Assembly (NCBI GenBank): GCA_030390025.1
Contig: CM059432.1
Location: 151,716,001-151,780,000, forward strand
Length of the DNA stretch: 64,000 nt
Source of the DNA: Squalus acanthias
Taxonomy: Eukaryota
Reading direction: 5' to 3'
Below the pieces are notes generated by a model. It did no database searches, was not told the origin of the DNA, and worked only from the letters and a program-made list of their open reading frames with translations. Both the position numbers and the translations under genes were made by a program. Shown piece by piece: positions 54,101-64,000 of the stretch (the stretch's first letter is position 1; each line of letters opens with the position of its first letter).

Positions 54101-54939
54101 TACTGAAGTAAATGATGTTGGTAAAGAGACCCACGTTGTCTCTGTACCTGTAGTAATGAAAACAGTCGTTGCTCCATTTCAACACCTTTATTTCTTCCTT
54201 TAGCATGCAAAGCAATTTACAAGTGGAGGAGATTCACAGACAGAATACAACAGCTGTAAACATGCATTCTGACCGTGTACTAAACTTCAAAACACAAAAT
54301 GTCTTTTTATTTAATTCTGTGCCTGAAGTGAATTTGCCTCTTTTCTCTTGATTGGATTCTTTCTGTCACCTGACTAAACATGGCCTCTCCCCTCCAGTAC
54401 ATTTCCATTACAGCCAGCCCAGCCCAAAGACTAAGCTTCATGGCATGTAACATGTCCCGTATCTGATCTGCTCCTAACTCTTAATTGGCCTGCTTTTCTG
54501 TGTGAACAATGAAGTCTTCCTGTTTGTAGCTGTATTTCCAATCTGGTTTCCCAGGCAACTATCCAAAAAGCTCTTCTTTGGCAAGTTATTTTAAGGTCCA
54601 GGTACAATGTCTTTTGTTCAATTAACTGTTGTTAACAAGTTTATGCACAGACATATGGATTATTATGATGGTGCGCCATAATGCTTAGCCGTATCCCATT
54701 TGGACAGAGACAAAGCCGAGTCTCTCCTTCCCTTTGTTTTTAGCTTCCTACAAACTTATTCAACAGTTAATGGAGACCTTGAAACTATGACCATTCTAAC
54801 TGTAAGGAAATACTAATTTAAACACCAAGCTAATTCATTTGCCTCATAAGCTAATGCTAAGCTAGCCTTAATTTCCCATCAACCTCTCTGCCTCTTCCTT
54901 CTCCATGTTCCAACATGTCCCATGTTCCAACAATTACGT

Positions 54940-55170
54940 CAACTGCACTTATCTACCCTTTTTGTTACTTCTTCAAAGAATTCAATAAGGTTGGTCAAGC
55001 ATGACCTTCCCTTTTGAACTCCGTGCTGACTACTCTTTATTATATTTTCAGTTTCTAGATGCTGTTCTATTACATCTTAGATTAAGGATTCTATTATCTT
55101 TCCTGCCAAAGACATTAAGCTAATTGGTCTACAGGTCCCTGGACTTATTCTATCTCCCTTTTTATATATA
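54940..55170 (-). mobile_element. CR1 RT fragment
   Basis: GRSCLTNLIEFFEEVT-coding sequence on minus strand. Confidence 0.7.
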
Positions 55171-55404
55171 ACCTGTCAGTTCTTTCTAAGCTGGATCCCT
55201 AGTTGGTGTTCTGAGATTTCTACACTTGTACAAGCAGTGGGAGAGTACAATGGATTCCTATCACACCATAGAATGCAATGAATTACAATAAGAATATGGT
55301 CATACCAATTTTGTTGATGGGAGAAGGGGAGGGAAAGAAATACAATAATGGATGCCCATATGCATTGTACTATGGACATGAATATTCAACACACCTGGAT
55401 TAAC

Positions 55405-55670
55405 TTTTTTTCATGGGATGTGGCAAAGCCAGCATTTATTGCCCATCCCTAATTGCCCTCGAGAAGGTGGTGGTGAGCTGCCTTCTTGAACCACTGCAGT
55501 CCGTGTGGTGAAGTTACTCACACAGTACTGTTCGGTAGGGAGTTCCAAGATTTTGAACCAGTGATGATGAAGGAACGGCGATATATTTCCAAGTCAGGAA
55601 GGTTTGTGACTTGGAGGGGAACTTGGAGGTGGTGGTGTTCCCATGCGCCTGTTGCCCTTGTCCTTCTCGA
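55405..55670 (-). mobile_element. 3' end of CR1-superclade LINE family
   Basis: Reverse complement of 40160-40430. Confidence 0.75.
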
Positions 55671-57416
55671 TCAGGGGTGGGCAATTATATGGGCTGTAGG
55701 GCCACTTGATAAGTTTTGGTGAGCTGTTGAGAGCCGCACACATAATTCATTTTATGTTAGCAACAGCTCCCATTAAAATTTGTTATGGCATTTATTGTAT
55801 AAAGAACCCTTCATGTCATTTCCATACTTGCTAAAAAATAACAAGTTATTAATGTGCTAACGAACGTGATACAGGTTTACCCAAAACTTAACGAACCCGA
55901 GCGAGGCCCAAATCGCGCACAAATACTGTACCCAGAGAGACGCTTTTGTTATTCACATGTTCATTGGGTCGTTTTACTACGTTAAAGGCGCTATATAAAT
56001 ACTTGTTGTTGTTGTTGCTTCAGCTGGATGCATTGATAACCCAACTACTGCTTGTACCAACTACTACATGGACTACTACATGTAATCCCAGGCAGTCTGA
56101 CAGATCTCCAGTATCCATATGATCCACTTTTTAGCTTCTTGTCTTTTGTTGTCTGTCTGCAATAATTCAAGCTCATACCTAGCCTATGAGAACTGCCTGA
56201 ATCAGACGATTTTGCAGAGATGAAATCCATGACTTAGCTCCTGAATAATAATAGGACACACTTTATGTGCAGTTCAAATTTCCCATGAAGCAGGTCATAA
56301 AACACTTCGCCATCATCCACTTACTTCACTGGTTCTTACCACACCTCTCAGAAACTACAACTCGTCTAATCCTCAGAGCCCCGCCCCCGATTTGCAGAAG
56401 CGCGGAAAATATATGCGATTCACGCATCCGCAAATTGCGTACATTTTTCGCGTATGCGCAAATTACCATGTTTTATTTCAAGATTTAGGCATTCCATTCA
56501 GAACCATATTTTTGTGTAGTAACTGGAAAAAGGTTAAGCATATTTTTCTGGTTCATAAGTTTCAAAATGCAAATAGTTACATGTAAACCAGTGGTTATTT
56601 CTAAGACAGTATATTTTATACAACTTATTTGATTCACACATAATTTCAACCAATAAAAGCATCTCTTGGCTTTTTCAGGACATTAGTTAGCTCAAATTAT
56701 GTTCAGTACCCCATCTTCTGTTTCTAATATGCTAGATTGAAACCATTCCAATATGATCCTTCAGTGCTGTTTTTACATAGTGTCTCACTCTTAATCGCAA
56801 CTTTTATATGTACTGCTTTTCCTTTTCTGTCTTGAATGTATACTAAACATGAACCTAGTCTGATCTTTTGACATTCATGAATATCAAACTATCAAAATTA
56901 TTATATAAATATATTGACAGAATCTGCCCATGTAGTATAAATTTGGTTTCTTCCTTTTCACATCTTAAGGGCTTATACTACCAGTTTGATTTGAAGTCAA
57001 AACATGATTCTTAGGACATAAATATATCCATGAAGTGTAATTCCCCACAATCACCACCCAAGTTGAACAGTATTGATGAGAAAGAAAAATATTTGCTGTG
57101 TAAAACTATAATGCAAATATCCACTTAGATTGATAACCGTGGAAGATTTTCTAATGATACAGGACAATGGCTGATGGGCATATCTGTGAATTACCAGTTG
57201 AAGTGCTATGCATGTGAAAGTATAAGATGCTCATTATGCTACAAATTAAGAGTGGCCAACATCTTGTTCTGACTAGTCCGAATCATGTTTAATGAACGCA
57301 GCTTTTGTTCTTTGTTAATGGACAAACTTCAGTGTCAATTTGCAATTTCAAATATAGTCCAAATTGTTGATTTTCTAACAAAATAATCGGTTGTTTCAAG
57401 TAAAATACTCCAAGGA

Positions 57417-57858
57417 GTCGGCCTTGGCTCAGCGGTAGCACTCTCACCTCTATGTCAGAATGTCCTGGTTTAAATGCCCCCTCCAGAGACTTGATCACAT
57501 TTCAGTGCAGTGCTGAGGGAGTGCTGCACTATTGGAGGTGCCGCCTTTTGGAAGAGACATTAAACTGAGGCTCTGACTGCCTCTGAGGTGAACGTAAAAG
57601 ATCCCATGGCACTATTTGAAGAGGAGCAGGGGAGTTCTCCTGGTGTCCTGGCCAATATTTATCCCTCCACCAACATCACTAAAACATAATTTCTGGTCAT
57701 GTGTCTCATTGTTGTTTGTGGAACCTTGTTGTGCAAATTGCTGCCACATTCCCTACATTACAACAGTGACTAGACTTCAAAAGTACTTTGTGAGCTGTAA
57801 AGTGCTTTGGGATGTCTTCAGGTCATGAAAGGAGCTATATTAATGGAAGTTCTTTCTT
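57417..57858 (+). mobile_element. tRNA-derived DeuSINE-like element
   Basis: TGGCTCAGCGG head, Deu-like core, (CTTT)n tail. Confidence 0.82.
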
Positions 57859-58359
57859 TTCAAATTTTGGGAAATATTGCTCATATGTGTAAGGGAAATA
57901 ATCCTAATGGTCTTATTCTCTTTTTCACTTTTGTACCTTTTGCATTTGTATAGTATTGGATAGTACACCATCTGTTCGTGACAAATGATTTCAGGCATTT
58001 GAAAGTTGACAATATGTGTTAATACAAATGACAGATGATTCTGTGCCCTCACATCTGGAGATGTGTATGCATGTCAAAACCACAATCTAACTTCAGCACA
58101 GATAAAGACCTTAAATGTGGCTCATGTTTGTTCATGTCACCATCTTTTTTTATTGTTCTACAGTTAATCTTATTTGCAAATATGTAGAATCTAATTTAGT
58201 TTGTAAAGAAAGTGCTTAATGTGCTCATTGAAGTGCATATACTAAAATGTTATTTTAATGAAAGGTGAGGAAACTGGTACAAAATGCATTCTTTTTTCAT
58301 ACTATTGTTGTGCTGTCCAGGTGTAGGCCATGAGGCTCAAGTTGAGCAGATACTGTATC

Positions 58360-58524
58360 CTCAGCAGGTCAAGCAGCATCTGCGGAGAGAAAAACAGAGG
58401 ATTAAAGTTTCAAGTTGATGACCTATTGTAGAAACTCTCCACAGATGCTGCCTGACCTGCTGAGTGTTTACAGCATTTTCTGTTTATATTTCAGATTTTC
58501 ACCTTCAATAGTATTTTGCTTTTT
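58360..58524. mobile_element. Fold-back pair of Penelope pLTR fragments
   Basis: CTCAGCAGGTCAAGCAGCATCTGCGGAGAG ... CTCTCCACAGATGCTGCCTGACCTGCTGAG inverted arms. Confidence 0.75.
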
Positions 58525-59057
58525 GAAATATTATATCCTGTTGGTCATTACTGTGGAAATAAGGATGATTGGGTGTTGTCACTTATGGGTGACCCGACTT
58601 ATTATTGCGTGCCCAGCATTCCCAGCAGATTGATTGGAAATTACCGCAGTAGTTGTCATCTGGCTTTAGTGCACAGGCATACCCCGTGTCATTGTAATGT
58701 ACCTGTAGAGCACTTCTGAGTGTAGTGGTACTTGGAGTGTTCAGACCTGCAACCCTCTGAGGGTGCATTTACAGTTATAACTGTAGTATCAGTGTAAACT
58801 GGTTTCACTAAATCCAGCCAAGTTTTTTAGTCATTGGGAGTGTGATCAAATTCTTGTCTCAAACCAACTGCTTCTGCATTCTCCTCCCAATGATGTCTGT
58901 CTCCCTTTGCTGCCTCCCAAATGCTTATCAGTTAGCAACATTCAATCACTGTTGCATATCGTTAAGGACTCCTTGACACTCATGTACTTTGAGTAACATA
59001 AAGGGGGCTTATGTATTTTAAGAAATCCCTGCATCACTGAAATAAGCATTTCACTTA

Positions 59058-59335
59058 TAGAATTATAGAATAGTACTGCACAGAAGGAGGCAATTTGGCC
59101 TATCGAGTCTGCGCCGGCTCTTTCAAAAAGCAATCCAGTTAGTCCCACTCCCTGGCTCTTTCCCCATATCTCTGCAATTTGTTCTTCAAGTATTTATCCA
59201 GTTCCCTTTTGAAAGCTACTATTGAATCTGTTTCCACTACCCTATCAGGTAGTGCATTCCAAATCCTAACCACTCGTTCCGAAAAAAAATTCTTCCTCCT
59301 GTTGCCTCTAGTTCTTTTGCCAATCACCTTGATCT
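59058..59335 (-). mobile_element. CR1 3' end
   Basis: KNFFSERVVRIWNALP...EWD and tail. Confidence 0.82.
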
Positions 59336-60084
59336 GTATTGTGAACACTTATGGGAAGCCTTTATATTTTATATTTTTATTAATTGCTACAGTTGGGAAC
59401 ACCCCTGTAACTAGTTGCAACATATAATGAAGATGTATATATTTAATATCATATAATGTAACATAACTTGTACTGCACCTCAATTAGGTTGCAATTGATG
59501 CCTGCATCAATTGTGTTTAGAGTTAAAATACAGATTGTGGACTACACTGAACAAAATCCATTTTGCAAATGGACCAGGAAGCAGAAATAATGAAGTAATG
59601 GAGCTAATTTGAATTTGCTGATCCACACTTCCTCTATATAGTGAGGTGCAAAAGCAATCTACGTAACCTACCTCTGGTTTTCTCTGACAACCTAGATTTT
59701 ATTCTGCTTATACAAAGTGATAGATTTGTCAGTTGTAATATTGCAAAAATTAACATTCATTTTAACTAGGTATGTCATTGCAGGGTCAATTATGTCTAAT
59801 ACGAATGCTAAAATTGGAATTCACTTTGCTTTCAGAATTGATTTCACTGTGAAGGTTTACGTCAGAATTCAAGTTCGCATGAGGATTACATATAACAATG
59901 AATTATTTGTCATATGTTTTATATTATAGAAAGCATTTGTAATTACAAAAGTATAATTTTAGACCGTCTATGTACCTTGCTGATGGTTTTACCGGCTAGA
60001 AATTATTTTACTTAAGGTCGAAATATTGATAAATCTTTGAGGTTGATTGTTATGAAATAATGGCTTTTTTTTTTACTGATTCAG

Positions 60085-60155
60085 GGGCATCAAAAGATGG
60101 AGCACTGGATGAAGATGATTTCTCGAGGGCATTTAACGATGTGCCTACTATACAG
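60085..60155 (+). CDS. CLASP2: CLASP2 internal exon, 71 bp, phase 1-0
   Basis: Poly-T tract + CAG acceptor, CAG|gtatct donor; (G)ASKDGALDEDDFSRAFNDVPTIQ in frame with the 37586-37726 exon, resembling CLASP2 GASKEGGAGAVDEDDFIKAFTDVPSIQ. Confidence 0.92.
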
Positions 60156-60513
60156 GTATCTGTGTGAATTGTTGTTGTTGGACTTCTAATAATTAGAATA
60201 TGTTAATCATACCAAGTAACCTGATTCTGTGTTTGTAAAATTTAGGGTCTGTCTGTATGTGCAGAAGGCATGCACAATGTCAGCATATTTTACAAGGTCA
60301 AAATTGACTAGAATTGAGCTGTTTCGTGGATTTTCTTTTTATTACAAATGTATATTTGTTGTGTTTGATGACCAAGAGGAATTGGAACCTGTTCTCTCTC
60401 TTATCCCTATTGCGTTCAAGAGAGCTTGATTACAGTAATTGCTGGAAATACTCAGCAGGTCAGGCAGCATCTGTAGAGAGAGAAACAGAGTTAACGTTTC
60501 AGGTCGATGTCCC

Positions 60514-61967
60514 TGAAGGGATAATTACTAGTCCTAGCCCTTTTCGGGCTACCCCAGATCAGGCGTATTCCCCAGACGTTCACCTTCAACTAAAGTTAGA
60601 GATAGCCGAATTCTAGAGACGCTCAATTGGGTCTAAAGGTTCAGACTATCTCTCCCTAAAGGAAAGGAACGACTTGAAGATGTTACCGTCCTCCAGATAG
60701 CACTTTTAATAAGTTTAACTAGACTGTAACCTTCCGGATATTATGAGGGTCCAGAAAACCCCCCAGAATTCTGCAACTCCTCACAAAAGAGTGTACAGAA
60801 ATTGAGTTCGCGAGTTTGATACAGAAGTACTCTGAGACAATTCTAAAAATATATAGATTTATTAAAGAACCGACACGTAGTTAACAGTTGGTGAGTCAAT
60901 CACAACTTTAACAGTTCAAAATACAAATAGCTTACATTTCTTATCAGAGATCCTTATTCTCAAATCTTAACTTCGTTACATTTCCACTCTTCTACTTATT
61001 CTTAATCCAGAATATCCACCAAAATCAAATAAAAGTACCTTTTGATCCCCGAGACTCAAAGAGTTAAAAACTTACAGAGCCTGCCTCTGAAGTTGAGAAT
61101 CGCTTTGCCCCTTCCAGCGACTTCTGACTTCCTATCTGAAAGCTCCATATTTTATACCCTTTTTGCAGTGGCATATTCTTTGAAGTTTTCTGTTGATGTA
61201 AGCTAATTATCTCCAGTCATCTTTCTGTTGACTTCTTTCTATTCTCACTGTCAATTCAGCTGCTAACTTGCAGAATTCTGCCTCTACCATTAGGTGTTCG
61301 AAAGTTATCATAAAAAACGGTTATGATTGATGTATCTATTTGATGCCATTCTTACGAAGGTCTCCTATTGAATTCTTAAATTACTTTAGCTGCTTGTAAG
61401 CCAGACTTTGCGTCTCCTTGTGTTCCAAGTTCAATACACAAACAATGTGATTGCTTGGTGCATCTATTGATGTAATATTTACGAAGTCTTCTGTTTGTAC
61501 CTTTTACTATATGTAAATCAAAAACACTTCAGCCGAGTATTTGATTGTTTCCCCAGCCATCTTAGTTGGTTGTATTACAAACTTATGTTTCCTGTCTTTC
61601 ATTTGATGTTACTTTTACAAAGACACATGGTTTTTTAATGTTCTGTGTTTCTGTTCGAAGTGTTAGTTTTTAACACTTTAAACTGGGTATAGCTATTGTG
61701 TTGGTTCCAAACTGCAGACTTCTTGGAACCTCCAACCCTCTGTTTCAATGAGGCCATTGTCTCAGTGTCAATAACCAATTCCCATTTCAAAAGCTTGTAT
61801 GGTGTTTACAGCTTTGTGACTCATCTTATCTCAGAAGCCTGTATTTACAGCTTTGTGTCATTGAGGCTTTTAGATTTTTAACCCCAGTTTGTCATATTTT
61901 AATAAAGTCTGAATTCTGTTCATAGGATGGTGTATTTTTCTGAATAGGTTTGGCTCATTCCTTTACA
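60514..61967 (-). mobile_element. Solo LTR (1454 bp) of an endogenous retrovirus/LTR retrotransposon
   Basis: TG...CA ends with short inverted repeats (TGAAGGGA / TCCTTTACA), 4-bp TSD TCCC/ACCC (one mismatch), interrupts a known repeat cleanly, minus-strand TATAAAA 61150-61156 and AATAAA 60858-60863. Confidence 0.7.
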
Positions 61968-61996
61968 ACCCTTCATCAGAACTGGAAATTTTTTCC

Positions 61997-62033
61997 AGTT
62001 CTGACGAAGGGTCATCGACCTGAAACGTTAGCT
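61997..62033 (+). ncRNA. Minimal type I hammerhead ribozyme motif in Penelope pLTR
   Basis: AGTT-CTGACGA-AGGGTCATCGACCT-GAAACGTT-AGCT: CUGANGA and GAAA cores, stem II hairpin, stem I AGUU/AGCU, stem III reduced to palindromic ACGU. Confidence 0.65.
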
Positions 62034-62719
62034 CTGTTTCTCTTTCTACAGATGCTGCCTGATCTGCTGAGTATTTCCAGCATTTTCTGTTTTTATTTTA
62101 GATTTCCAGCATCCGCAGTATTTTGCTTTTGATTACAGTAATTGCCTGTCCTAAATGAAATTTTAAAGCTTTGGCCAATCAAGTCGAGTAGCCAAGTTAA
62201 GTGGTAAATACTGTAACATTTGATAATCTAAACTCTGTTCAGCAAGCTACTCACTTTTTTTTGCTGAATACTGTTATGTTCTCATTGAGGAGGACACAGC
62301 TGCTAAAAGTTGAAATTAGTTTTAAGACTATCTTTCAATATTTACTGTTTGCCCATAAACTTAACAGGTGGCAAGAAAATGCTGCACTTGTTGCTTATTG
62401 AAGGCAGTGTGCTTGTAGGAAATTCTGGTTACCAAACAATTTTTTGGTTAAGTGACTGATCTAAATTGGTAAACATAGTCACAGAACTTAGTCTGCTGAA
62501 ATAATTAAAATAAATATGCTTTCAGATATTGAACATACACATTTGAAACACTCCAGGGAAATCCTTTCTTTTTAATACAGCAGAAAGTACTTATTAATGG
62601 TAACTGCTTAGGCAGTTATGATTCTATGTAGCCATGCTTTGTATTCATTGTGTGTTGTGTATTATCCTGAATTTTATTCCTATGCATAGATTTTTTGTAA
62701 GTTTTTTTGCAATGACATT

Positions 62720-63430
62720 TATACGAACAATGACGGACAGGTAAAGACCATCTCGTCCATCGAGCCTGTCCCACACAATTGCGTATCACAACATATACAC
62801 TTCACCCCACCCGAAACTGTGCGATCTCCTGGGAGAGGCAAAAAAACAGATGAAAAACCCAGGCCAATTTGAGAAAAAAAATCTGGGAAATTCCTCTTCT
62901 ACCCATCTAGGCGATCGAAACTAGTCCAGGAGATCACTCTGGCCCTGAATTCCCTGCAGTACCTACCTTCTGCAAGAGGTGATCTCCGCCCCAGCCAGAA
63001 ACAAATCCAGCTCTTGCTTGAAGGCATTTAGCGAGTCCGCATCCACCACACAAGACGGCAGCCTGTTCCAGAGATCCACTATTCTCTGGGAAAAGAACCA
63101 CCTCCTGGCATCTGACCTAGATCTAGCCTTATATAACTTAAATTTGTCCTGCCTAACCTATTTAATTGAAATAAACTGTAAGCTGGAACATAATCTATTC
63201 CCTTCATTATCTTATAAACCTCAATCAGATCTCCGCTAAGTCTACGCTTCTCTAAGGTGTAGAGTCCCAACTCTTTTAGCCTATCTTGATAACTTAAGAT
63301 GCTTTAGACTGGGAATTAATCTAGTGGCCCTCCTCTGCACCCTCTCCAAAACCTCAATAATCACCCACCATGTGAGGAGACCAAAACTGGGCACAGTATT
63401 CCAAGTGTGGCCTGACTAAGGTCTAGTACA
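62720..63430 (-). mobile_element. Older CR1 3' fragment
   Basis: LGLYTLEKRRLSGDLIEVYKIMKG; LVRPHLEYCAQFWSP on minus strand. Confidence 0.78.
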
Positions 63431-64000
63431 ATGATTTATCAAGATGAAATTCTTTCTTAAGTTTTTGAGTTTCTTCTTGAGTGCTCACTGAAAGTTGGAT
63501 TGTTAGTTCTAATTATTAATGTAGGATGCTTGGTTATACACTTTGCTATAAGCTTCATTTTGTAGACATAGTGAAGAGCAAATATTCTTCAAATCTATGG
63601 GGTAAATGATTCAGGTCCTCATTATATATTCCATGTTTAGTTGGTAACATGGTATTCTGTTTATGCTGTGTGTAAATGTTTTGTGGTGCCGTGTGCTGTT
63701 TTAGGCATGATATATTTTTGAAAGTGTGATGTCATGGGAGATGTTGCAAGAAGTGAAAGACTGCATTTGTTTCCCTGATTGTCAGAGCATAATCTACTTG
63801 AACTGTTGCCACCTTCCGAGAAGCTGAATGTGATTCTTTACAGTATTTGGATGGGGGTTTGAGTTGTTGCTGGGAGCTGTTAGTTCCAGGAAAGACCACC
63901 TTCAAACAGACTTGAATGTTTTTTTTTACTGTTTTGTCAGTGTTATTGAATACAGTGTTGAGTTGTCCATGTCAGGTTCTCTAACTTTGAAACCAACTGC

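Larger units (their letters stand above)
60440..62130. mobile_element. Fold-back Penelope pLTR element (left arm interrupted by a solo LTR)
   Basis: Direct repeat TTGATTACAGTAATTGC at 60426-60442 and 62129-62145; symmetry centre CATCAGAACTGGAAA-TTT-TTTCCAGTTCTGACG at ~61990. Confidence 0.85.

Noticed and set aside
55671..55740. hAT-like terminus CAGGGGTGGGCAA
   Set aside because: No matching opposite TIR or TSD found, so not called as an element
1..64000. Prokaryotic systems (CRISPR, retron, operons)
   Set aside because: Spliceosomal exons and vertebrate TEs throughout; all RT motifs belong to LINE/PLE families; no spacer-repeat array

Overview
Eukaryotic (vertebrate, most likely cartilaginous fish) genomic DNA: a repeat-dense intronic stretch of a CLASP2 (CLIP-associating protein 2) gene on the + strand. 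Three CLASP2 exons are recognisable: the alternative first exon of the beta isoform (MRRLICKRICA, 37146-37179, with a TATA/CRE/CCAAT cluster upstream), the 'DKSFDDEESVDGNRPS' exon (37586-37726) and the 'ASKDGALDEDDFSRAFNDVPTIQ' exon (60085-60155). Most of the rest is transposable elements: many CR1 LINEs (some with zinc-finger/esterase ORF1, one nested inside another), L2 LINEs, a Neptune-type Penelope-like element plus several solo/fold-back pseudo-LTRs carrying minimal hammerhead ribozyme motifs, three SINE families whose tails match LINEs in the same window, Harbinger-like and hAT MITEs, a Tigger/pogo transposase relic, and a 1.45-kb solo LTR with foamy-virus-like layout inserted into a hammerhead. 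Repeat boundaries are by eye and approximate unless a TSD/TIR is cited. No database search was run; family assignments come from remembered motifs.
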